Origin: Nitrospirota bacterium | GTDB taxonomy: Bacteria > Nitrospirota > Thermodesulfovibrionia > Thermodesulfovibrionales > UBA9159 | DNA: 64,000 bases | Assembly (NCBI GenBank): GCA_963699545.1 | Contig: CAVOUE010000003.1 | Span: 640,001-704,000 of the forward strand | Reading direction: 5' to 3' | Shown: positions 1-8,577 of the stretch, piece by piece | Position numbering within the stretch: the stretch's first letter is position 1 | How the letters are laid out: the number at the start of each line of letters is the position of its first letter | Made by a program: the position numbers and the translations under genes | Notes under the pieces: model-generated | What the model saw: the letters and a program-made list of their open reading frames with translations, nothing else | The model's database searches: none | What the model was told of the DNA's origin: nothing

Positions 1-1318
1 ATACGTGAATGTGAACGTCGGCATATCTCCCTTTGTGCCGAAATCTCACACCCCGATGCAGTGGTGTGGACAGGAAGATATGGAGACGATCAGGGCGAGA
101 ATGGGGTATCTGAGGCAAAGGCTCTCGAAGAAGAGGATGAATTTTAAGGGGCATAACATGAATATGAGCCTCCTTGAAGCGGTCCTGTCCAGGGGAGACG
201 ATTCGCTGGCAGCCCTGCTCGAAAAGGCCTGGTCGCGGGGTTGCAGGCTTGATGCCTGGACCGAGTCCTTTGATTTTGAAAAATGGCGTTCTGCTGCGGA
301 GGATGCGGGCATTGACCTCCATGCATGCGCAAGACGGCGGTTTGAGAAAGACGATGCCCTTCCCTGGAGCGGGATCGATATCGGCGTGAACAAGGGGTTC
401 TTATGGAAAGAGCATAACCAGGCCCTGCAGGGAGAGATAACCACCGATTGCAGGAAGAAATGTTCCGGATGCGGGCTAAAATGTGAAGAAATGCAAAGGA
501 ACGGAAGCGCCGAAGTACACGAGGGTGGAGACGCTGCAGAAGGTTCAGCAGCTTCCGGACCTTTGCACCCCCGGACCCCTGTTGCCCGCAGTTCAGTGCC
601 TGTTCGTTCCGTCCTGATGAGGTTCCGGTTTTCAAAGATAGGGGAGTTGAGATACCTTTCGCACAGGGAGCTGATGACCGTAGTTGCCCGTGCCGTGAGG
701 AGGGCTGAGGTCCCCGTGCTCTATTCCCGGGGTTTTCATCCCTCGCCCAGGATATCCTTCGGGCCACCCCTCAACGTGGGTGTCAGCGGTCTTAGAGAAT
801 ACTTCGATATGGAACTTCAGCCCGTCGGCGTGCCTGCGAATCTTGCCGAGACTCTCAACGGCGTACTCCCCAGGGGGGTGGAGATCAAACATGCAGGGAT
901 GATACGTGCCGATGAACCATCCCTTCAGAGCTTTATATCGAGATACGAATATGAGATAATATGTCCTGACGCCGGGGCAACAGAGGAATTTCTTTCGGCG
1001 GACGTTTTTGTGGTCAACAGGGAGAACGCAGATGGCATGAACACTGCGGTGGATATAAGGGGAATGGTTGAAGACGCTGGTATCGTTGATATGAATACGG
1101 TGAAGATCACCCTCCTGGACAGAGGAGAGAAAAAGGCGAGGCTCGGCGAGGTCCTCCCTGCGCTGTTCGGTTTGCCGGTGGAAGAACTGGGGATAACCCG
1201 ACTGGCCATGTTCGGGTGGCGTGCGGGATGGGTGGAGCCCCTCTCCTCTGCAGATGATGGGACAGGTGCGGAGAAACGGACAATGAACACCGAACAGGCA
1301 GTCTCAGAATTGTCATAG
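1..1318 (+). CDS. Radical SAM protein (TIGR03960-like) fused to radical-SAM-linked DUF2344/TIGR03936 domain, 5'-truncated by window edge
   Basis: SPFVPKSHTPMQW and LEAVLSRGD motifs; C-terminal FSKxGxLRYLSHxELM...YSxGFHPxPRISFGPPL; sits directly upstream of rng as in the usual synteny. Confidence 0.85.
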   Translation, partial: YVNVNVGISPFVPKSHTPMQWCGQEDMETIRARMGYLRQRLSKKRMNFKGHNMNMSLLEAVLSRGDDSLAALLEKAWSRGCRLDAWTESFDFEKWRSAAEDAGIDLHACARRRFEKDDALPWSGIDIGVNKGFLWKEHNQALQGEITTDCRKKCSGCGLKCEEMQRNGSAEVHEGGDAAEGSAASGPLHPRTPVARSSVPVRSVLMRFRFSKIGELRYLSHRELMTVVARAVRRAEVPVLYSRGFHPSPRISFGPPLNVGVSGLREYFDMELQPVGVPANLAETLNGVLPRGVEIKHAGMIRADEPSLQSFISRYEYEIICPDAGATEEFLSADVFVVNRENADGMNTAVDIRGMVEDAGIVDMNTVKITLLDRGEKKARLGEVLPALFGLPVEELGITRLAMFGWRAGWVEPLSSADDGTGAEKRTMNTEQAVSELS

Positions 1319-1345
1319 AGATGCGAATGAGAGAGGGAAAAGAAT

Positions 1346-2853
1346 ATGCCCAGTGAGATCCTCATCAATGTTACCCGTGAAGAGATAAGAGTCGGATTGC
1401 TTGAAGGCGGTCAGGTGGTCGAGTTTTATGTGGAGAGGAAAAGGGATGCAAGCCTTGTGGGGAATATCTATAAGGGGAAGGTGGTAAAGATACTGCCGGG
1501 CATGCAGTCGGCGTTTGTGGACGTGGGCCTTGAAAAGGCTGCGTTCCTCTATGTTGCCGATATCATCACGGAGATGGAAGACTACGCTCCTTTCCTGGAG
1601 GAAGAGGACAAGAGCAATTCCATAGAGCTTGTTCCGAGAAGGGGCAGACAGGACCTCCCCATAGAGGAGCTTATACAGGACGGCCAGGAAGTGCTGGTAC
1701 AGGTTCTCCAAGGACCCCATGGGCAGCAAAGGCGCCAGGGTCACTTCCTATGTCACCATGCCGGGACGCTACCTTGTGCTTATGCCGAGCCTGGAGCATA
1801 TCGGCATATCAAGAAGAATATCGGATGAAACAGAGCGTGCCAGACTGCGCAGCATCGTGGAGGCGATCAAGCCCAAGGGGTATGGCCTCATCATAAGGAC
1901 CGCCAGTGAGGGGTGCACCGAGGAGGAACTCAAGAAAGACCAGGAGTTCCTGCTGCTGTTGTGGGAGAACATCCAGAAGAAACGCGACAGGATGGTGGCC
2001 CCCTGTTCTCCTATACAGCGACCTTGATCTCGCCTTCAGGAGCGTTCGCGACCTCATGAGCCAGGACGTGGAAAGGCTCGTGATCGATGCAGAGGAGGAG
2101 TACGAAAGGATCAAGGAATTTGTGAACACCTATTTCCCGAAGCTTCTCTCAAAGATAGAACTCTACGGGGAGGGGGAACCTATTTTCGAGGCCTTCGGAG
2201 TGGAAGTCGATATCTCGCGGGCTCTCGGGAGAAAGGTCTGGCTGAAGTCGGGCGGATACATCGTCATCGACCAGACAGAGGCGATGACGGTGATCGACGT
2301 CAACACGGGAAAGTTCGTGGGAAAAGAAGACCTCGAAGATACCATCTTCAAGACGAACCTGGAGGCGGTGAAGGAGATCGCATACCAGATAAGGCTGAGA
2401 AACCTGGGGGGCATCATCATCATCGACTTCATCGATATGGAGAGACTGGAGAACAGGGAAAAGGTTTTTAATGCATTCCTGGAGGCGATGAAGAGGGATA
2501 GGGCGAAGAATACCATACTCCATATCTCCGAACTCGGTCTCATCCAGATGACGCGGAAGAGGGTGAGGGAGAGCCTCGGGAGAGTGCTCTGTGAACCGTG
2601 CTCCTATTGCGAAGGCAAGGGATTTGTGAAGTCCCCCCGGACCCTGTGTTATGAAATATTCAGGAAGATCTCGAAGCTTGCGAGACACGGCGGAGAAAAG
2701 ATCATCGTCACTGCCCATCCCCAGGTGGCTGAACTCCTGTCGGATGAGGAGAGGACAAGTCTTGAGGACATAGAGAACATATACGGAGTAAAGGTCATCG
2801 TCAGAGAAGACAGCAAGCTCCATCAGGAAAATTATGAAGTGGTGAAGCTGTGA
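1346..2853 (+). CDS. rng: Ribonuclease G (Rne/Rng family), two apparent frameshifts near 1710 and 2000
   Basis: Three overlapping ORFs join into one RNase E/G: GNIYKGKV..LPGMQSAFVD, KGARVT..GRYLVLMP, LKSGGYIVIDQTEAMTVIDVNTG, CxxCxG zinc link. Confidence 0.92.
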
Positions 2854-3680
2854 ACACCGGATGCCCCCCAGCGCCGAAACTCACCCTCCTCACCGACATC
2901 CTTAAGGAAATGCAGAGCGCCGTTGTCGCCTATTCGGGCGGTGTTGACAGCACCTTTCTCCTCAAGGCCGCAGCGCTGTCGGGCATAAGGACCCTCGCGG
3001 TGACGGGGGTTTCTCCTACCATGCCCGAGCAGGATTTCCTTGACGCCGGTGAAGTTGCCCAACTGGTGGGTATTCCTCACCGTGTGATTAAGACAGCGGA
3101 AGTTGACAGCGATGATTTCAGAAAGAACCCCCCTGACAGATGTTACTACTGCAAGAGCGAGCTCTTCGGGAGACTCAAAGGTATCGCCGAATCAGAAGGC
3201 TACCGGCACGTCGTCGACGGAAGCAATCTTGATGACCTTGATGACTGGAGACCCGGGAGGCGGGCTGCTTCGGAATATGACGTGAGAAGTCCCCTGATAG
3301 AGGCGGGATTAAGGAAGGAGGACATACGCTCTCTTTCCCGGGAGCTGGACCTCCCCACGTGGAACAAGCCGTCCTCGCCGTGCCTTTCTTCAAGGTTCCC
3401 TTATGGAGAACCCATAACCCTTGGTGCGCTGAAACGGGTGGGGGCGGCCGAGAAATTCCTGCTGTCCCTTGGTTTTAGGGAGCTCAGGGTAAGGCATCAT
3501 GGCGATACCGCACGGATCGAGCTCAGGGAAGAGGATATCTCAGAAATGCTCAAACCGGATATCAGGAGGCTCGTCACGGAAAAGCTCAGGGCCCTGGGGT
3601 ATACGTTCATCACCCTTGACCTCGAGGGGTTCAGAAGCGGAAAGATGAATATTCTGAAGACCGGCCTTAATGTTAAATGA
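2850..3680 (+). CDS. larE: ATP-dependent sacrificial sulfur transferase LarE
   Basis: PP-loop SGGVDS, RCYYCK, DDWRPG, SSPCLSSRFPYG, RVRHHG motifs. Confidence 0.9.
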   Translation: MNTGCPPAPKLTLLTDILKEMQSAVVAYSGGVDSTFLLKAAALSGIRTLAVTGVSPTMPEQDFLDAGEVAQLVGIPHRVIKTAEVDSDDFRKNPPDRCYYCKSELFGRLKGIAESEGYRHVVDGSNLDDLDDWRPGRRAASEYDVRSPLIEAGLRKEDIRSLSRELDLPTWNKPSSPCLSSRFPYGEPITLGALKRVGAAEKFLLSLGFRELRVRHHGDTARIELREEDISEMLKPDIRRLVTEKLRALGYTFITLDLEGFRSGKMNILKTGLNVK

Positions 3681-3894
3681 AGGATACGTCAGAAGGATTG
3701 AAGAGTCCAGCCAGAAAGTAGCACTGCGCGGAGCGCTTTCACAATTTTACTTTCAGCCACAAAGTCGCATTTCTGGATGGGTTGAATATCTCACGATTTA
3801 CAGGTAAAAGATATATTTCTGAACGTATTTCAGTCTCCACAAATAACTCTTTCCTTAACGGCCCATAATCCTGTAAAATCTATTACATCGGGCC

Positions 3895-4326
3895 ATGTCG
3901 AAAACATCTCCAAAGAACGGCAACCGGGATATCTCCTCAATCATGAGAAAAGTGCGCTCCACCGATACGTCGCCAGAGTTAGCCCTGCGCCGTGCGCTTG
4001 CCGAAAAGGGCCTGCATCTTAGTAAGAATGGCGCTGATGTTCTGCCGGGGAAACCCGATATTGTGTTGCCTGGAGAGCGCATCGCCATTTTTGTCGACGG
4101 GGATTTCTGGCATGGAGGCCAATGGAGGAAAAGAAGACTTGCCTCTTTGGAGAAGCAGTTTGAAGAAACGCCCCAAAAGGATTATTGGGTGACCAAAATC
4201 AGGCGTAATGTGAACAGGGATTTTGGCAATACGAAAAAGCTCCTCGACGAGGGCTGGAGAGTAATCCGCTTTTGGGAGAGTCAGATCGGGAAGGATTTGG
4301 AGAACTTGCGTCAGGATCACCCTTGA
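3895..4326 (+). CDS. vsr: Very short patch repair endonuclease, probably fused to the downstream methyltransferase
   Basis: MxxVRSxDTxPELALRRAL, LPGKPDIV, FVDGDFWHG, YWxxKIxRNxxRD, GWRVIRFWE. Confidence 0.9.
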   Translation: MSKTSPKNGNRDISSIMRKVRSTDTSPELALRRALAEKGLHLSKNGADVLPGKPDIVLPGERIAIFVDGDFWHGGQWRKRRLASLEKQFEETPQKDYWVTKIRRNVNRDFGNTKKLLDEGWRVIRFWESQIGKDLENLRQDHP

Positions 4327-4342
4327 AGCCTCAAAGAAGAAA

Positions 4343-5542
4343 TTGAAATCGGATGTTTGCTCTATAGTTCCTAACAGGACCGTAGCGGAATTCTTTGCGG
4401 GCATTGGGCTGATGCGCGTAGGGTTAGAACGGAAAGGATGGACGGTCTTATTTGCGAATGACATAGACGCTCAAAAATGTGAGATGTACAGAGATCATTT
4501 CCCAGACGCCGACAATCATCTCGTATGCGGCGACATTCATCATCTGAAGGTCGAACGTATCCCTTCTGTCACGCTGGCTACTGCCTCATTCCCCTGCAAC
4601 GACTTGTCGCTCGCTGGGGCAAGAAAAGGTCTTCACGGTAAGGAGTCCTCAGCCTTTTGGGGGTTTATCGGCGCGCTTGAGAATATGAAGAACCGAAGAC
4701 CGCCAATCGTGCTTTTGGAGAATGTGACAGGGTTTCTTTCCTCTCATAAAGGGAATGATTTCAGGCAGGCATTACTCGCCTTGAATAGACTCGGTTATAC
4801 GACGGACGCGTTTATTTTGGACGCCGCCATGTTCGTGCCACAAAGCAGGCAACGGCTCTTCGTTGTCGGTATCCTTGAAGCCTGCATTCCCTCAAACGAG
4901 GTGAGGGAGCAACTGAGCTTTTATGAAAGTCCGGTCAGACCTCCGGCCCTGGCCGATTTTATTTTCCAAAAAACCGGGATAAATTGGAATATTAGAACAT
5001 TGCCAGCGCCGCCTACGAGGAAGATTTCTCTTACTGATATTCTCGATGATCCGGGTGAGACGTCACCCGAGTGGTGGAACGCTGAACGCGCCGAATATCT
5101 TTTGAATCAAATGAGCCCCCGACATCGGGAGATGGCCGAGCGGATGATCCGTGGAAGGCGATATTCATATGGAACCGTCTTCAGGCGTATTCGCAATGAC
5201 AGGTCAATGGCCGAGTTGCGGACAGACGGCGTTGCAGGATGTCTGCGGACACCTCGCGGAGGGAGCGGCAGACAGATACTCTTTAAAGCTGGCAAAGGGA
5301 AATATTTTGCCAGGCTTCTCAATCCCAGGGAGTGCGCCCGGTTGATGGGCGCCGATGACTTTATCATTAAGGCGCCGCTCAATCAGGCGCTGTTTGGTTT
5401 CGGCGACGCCGTCTGTGTGCCTGTTATCGAGTGGCTCGCGGAATACTACCTGAATCCAGTGGTAAACGAGCTCATGAAGGGAAGACCATTGACGCCTTAC
5501 GTTGTCGGTAGAGAACGGAGGCATAGTGAAAAAAACGCTTGA
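4343..5542 (+). CDS. DNA (cytosine-5)-methyltransferase
   Basis: Motif I FFAGIG, IV SFPCND, VI ENV, VIII QSRQRLF, IX RECARLMG, X GDAV. Confidence 0.95.
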   Translation: MKSDVCSIVPNRTVAEFFAGIGLMRVGLERKGWTVLFANDIDAQKCEMYRDHFPDADNHLVCGDIHHLKVERIPSVTLATASFPCNDLSLAGARKGLHGKESSAFWGFIGALENMKNRRPPIVLLENVTGFLSSHKGNDFRQALLALNRLGYTTDAFILDAAMFVPQSRQRLFVVGILEACIPSNEVREQLSFYESPVRPPALADFIFQKTGINWNIRTLPAPPTRKISLTDILDDPGETSPEWWNAERAEYLLNQMSPRHREMAERMIRGRRYSYGTVFRRIRNDRSMAELRTDGVAGCLRTPRGGSGRQILFKAGKGKYFARLLNPRECARLMGADDFIIKAPLNQALFGFGDAVCVPVIEWLAEYYLNPVVNELMKGRPLTPYVVGRERRHSEKNA

Positions 5543-6473
5543 GTTGTTTGAGGCCTGGTACAGTCATCTGCCGATTCATAAGGCAAGCGGCGGTCCTGCC
5601 AAAGGGACCATAGCAGCGGCCCTCGTAGTATTGGAACGATTAAGAGAAGATTATCGGCTTAAGATAGAAGCCCACACAGCGCAAGGCGGCGCACAGCTCA
5701 GCGGCGCGAGCGGGCAGGCTGTGAAAAAGATTCTTGCAAGATTTGGAGAAACAAGACCCTTTGCAAAAGAAGGAGGGCGTACAAATAGGGGAGGGCCGGG
5801 CGATATCAAGAAGATGCTTCAGGCCCTTAAGAAGGCAAATCTCGAAAAGCTTGCCGCTGAGAGGCGAAATGAAATCTTGAACGAGATGCAACGGTTTCTT
5901 GTCGGAAAGGTCGTTGAGTTTCATAATCGTGAACGCATAAAGATGGTATATGATCCGTCAAAGAGCACATGGCAAAATATTCAGGGGTTGTTATCAGCGG
6001 CCCGGGAAACCGGGAAAGAGGGACCAGTGGCCCAGCATCTCGTCGGGGCTAAACTCCAGTTGAGATTTCCGGATATTGCGGTCGGCAATGAATCCTACAG
6101 CACCGCAGATGAGCAGTTGGGCAGACCCGGCGACTTCTATATCGGTGACACGGCTTTCCACGTGACCGTCGCGCCGATGGGTCCGGTTTATGAAAAATGC
6201 AAGGATAACCTTGAAAATGGATATCGGGTCTATCTTTTAGTGCCGGAAAGGGCTGTGACGGGGGCCAGACAAAACGCTGAGCTTATGGTGCCAGGACGTA
6301 TCGCGGTAGAGTCCATCGAGTCTTTTGTTGGGCAGAACATTGAGGAGTTGTCATTTTTTACGCGGGACAAACTGAAGAATGGGTTCAGACGACTTCTTGA
6401 GACCTATAACGACCGCGTCGACGCTGCTGAGACCGATAAGTCGATGTTGGTTGAGATACCGAGGAATTTGTGA
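5526..6473 (+). CDS. DUF4928-like protein, putative restriction endonuclease partner
   Basis: GGAGG RBS then GTG at 5526; EGGRTNRG, GPVAQHLVGAKLQLRFP, TADxQxGRxGDF..GDTAFHVTVAP motifs recalled for DUF4928; overlaps the MTase stop. Confidence 0.7.
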   Translation: MKKTLELFEAWYSHLPIHKASGGPAKGTIAAALVVLERLREDYRLKIEAHTAQGGAQLSGASGQAVKKILARFGETRPFAKEGGRTNRGGPGDIKKMLQALKKANLEKLAAERRNEILNEMQRFLVGKVVEFHNRERIKMVYDPSKSTWQNIQGLLSAARETGKEGPVAQHLVGAKLQLRFPDIAVGNESYSTADEQLGRPGDFYIGDTAFHVTVAPMGPVYEKCKDNLENGYRVYLLVPERAVTGARQNAELMVPGRIAVESIESFVGQNIEELSFFTRDKLKNGFRRLLETYNDRVDAAETDKSMLVEIPRNL

Positions 6474-6688
6474 GGGAGGAGAATCAATAACAACGCCTTG
6501 CCAATGAAAGAAGTGGTCCACTTTCTGTACGCAAGGAAATTAACTAGAGGAAATTAACTAGGGACACATCCCGTTTTCTCTCCCCAGCAGACTCTCAACG
6601 TTACTAAAGGAAATAGAAACACTTTGGACTTCCCCCGGTTTGATAGACAGATTTAAAGGTACAATTGGAAGCAACAGAGGAGGTGTCT

Positions 6689-6973
6689 ATGTCGAATCGG
6701 AAGTACACAGAGGAGTTCAAGGCTGAGGCAATCAAGCAGGTGACAGAGCGGGGCTACAAGGTCCAGGAAGTATGTGAGAGGTTGGGGATATCGAGCAAGA
6801 GCCTGTACCTGTGGCTGCGATTAGCGAGGAAGAGTAATGGCAAGCACGGTCAGGGCAGCGACAATGAGCTGAAACAGGAGATCGTGCGGCTGAAGTCGGA
6901 GCTAAAGCGAGTCGAAGAGGAGCGAGACATACTAAAAAAGGCCGCCGCGTACTTTGCCAAGGCATCCCGGTAA
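6689..6973 (+). CDS. IS3 transposase OrfA (HTH)
   Basis: RKYTEEFKAEAIKQV...LGISxKSLYxW...EERDILKKAAAYF; A6G slippery site at 6934-6940. Confidence 0.92.
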   Translation: MSNRKYTEEFKAEAIKQVTERGYKVQEVCERLGISSKSLYLWLRLARKSNGKHGQGSDNELKQEIVRLKSELKRVEEERDILKKAAAYFAKASR

Positions 6974-7836
6974 GGTACGCGTTCATCAGGGATCATCGGC
7001 AGGAGTTTCGGGTGGTGTCGATGTGCCGGGTATTGAGGGTGCATAGAAGCGGATATTATGCGTGGATAAAGAACCAGATGTCTGCCAGGCAGAAAGAGGA
7101 TCACCGACTGCTGGGGTTGATCCGGGGATTTCATGAGGCAAGCGACGGATCTATGGCAGCCCCCGGATAACAAGGACTTGCGGGAAAGCGGGGAGCGGTG
7201 CGGGAAGAAACGGGTGGCGAGACTGATGAAGCAGGAAGGCTTAAGGGCAAAGGTTGGCTATAAGCGACCACGGTACAAGGCCGGCAAGCCTGCCTTTGTG
7301 GTTATGCAATCGGCTTGAACAGAACTTCGATGTGCCGAGACCAGATTACGCATGGGTAACGGATATCACCTATATCCGGACGTGGGAGGGATGGTTGTAT
7401 CTGGCAGTGGTGCTGGATCTGTTTTCAGGAATGGTGGTGGGTGGTCGATGAAGCCCACTCTGGCAGAGGGAACTCGTGCTGGATGCCTTGCTCATGGCTG
7501 TATGGCGACGTAAGCCGAAAGGCAAAGTGATTGTGCATTCGGATCAGGGCTCGCAGTACGGCAGCGATGACTGGATGAGGTTTTGCAGGGATCATAAGCT
7601 TGAACCCAGCATGAGCCGCAGAGGCAATTGTTATGACAATGCTGTTGCAGAGTCGTTTTTCAGTAGTCTCAAGAAGGAACGTATCAGACGGAGAATTTAT
7701 CGAAACAGGAGAAGAAGGACGATCAGATATCTTTGATTATATCGAGGTGTTCTACAACAGGACAAGGCGTCATAGCTATCTGGGACAGGTCAGCCCCTAT
7801 GAGTTTGAAAAGGCGGCTGCCTGTGGTAGTCTATGA
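6970..7836 (+). pseudogene. IS3 transposase OrfB (DDE), with several extra frameshifts
   Basis: [46 protein letters not shown] and YIEVFYNxxRRHS lie in different frames; may be decay or sequencing error. Confidence 0.85.
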
Positions 7837-8281
7837 GTGTCTACTGAACCGGGGGAACTCCACTCGAATTAATAAATAAGAACGAAATTATGCCGATTAT
7901 TACTAAGTAAATGATACGTAGTTATTTCGCTTAGCCTGTTGCCATTCGCCCCGTAGTGCTTCTGCGCTGGGCAAGGCAGCCTGCTCCTTTTTTTCCCGTC
8001 CATCAAATAAGCCATCTTGGGAAAAAAACGGAGGAATGTTACAGGAAGGCATCGAGAAGCATGAGGGATCCTCTCGTGTGACAGTTATGTTTGGTAATCA
8101 GTGTTATCAGCAATTGGTCTCAGGTGTGGATTATCAGGTGAATTTAAGCCTTCAGATAGCGAACAATATCTTTCACGCAGACCCTTTTCGTCGCGGTCTC
8201 CTCGGCGAATCCGTCTGCGTGCAGACCGGCGAGAGCGATTCAGCCGGGCAGAGGACCCTGGAACCCTTGAATCCTGTCTAT

Positions 8282-8512
8282 TTACTCGACTGCCACAAAG
8301 GTTTCGGTCCGGTTTATCCCTTTGATCTTTCGTATCTTTTGAAAAATCTTGTCAAAGATCTCCCTGGTATCCTTGCCCTCGATCACCGCGGCGATGTCGT
8401 AATGTCCGGTCACCACATCTGCGCTCACCACTCCCCTTATCCCCCTCAGGGTGTCTCTGATGAAAACATCCTTGCCCGGTAAGACATTTACAAGCAGGTA
8501 CACTCGTGCCAT
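8282..8512 (-). CDS. Lrp/AsnC ligand-binding-domain protein
   Basis: Short RAM-like domain: VTGHYDIAAVIE...IRKIKGINRTET. Confidence 0.8.
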   Translation of the reverse strand: MARVYLLVNVLPGKDVFIRDTLRGIRGVVSADVVTGHYDIAAVIEGKDTREIFDKIFQKIRKIKGINRTETFVAVE

Positions 8513-8577
8513 AGGGACCTCCTTCACGCAGCAGTATTCACTAAGAGTATAGAGGGTTTAGCGGAAAATACAAAGAA

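Larger units (their letters stand above)
6625..7862 (+). mobile_element. IS3-family insertion sequence
   Basis: Imperfect 25-bp terminal inverted repeats TGGACTTCCCCCGGTTTGATAGACA / revcomp TGGAGTTCCCCCGGTTCAGTAGACA with TG...CA ends; orfA HTH and orfB DDE integrase; flanks CTT/CTC, so no perfect target-site duplication. Confidence 0.93.

Noticed and set aside
1346-2853. rng, lepA, ribBA, ribE, tolB and cpoB as pseudogenes or programmed frameshifts
   Set aside because: Too many conserved housekeeping genes are affected with otherwise intact sequence; sequencing indels are simpler
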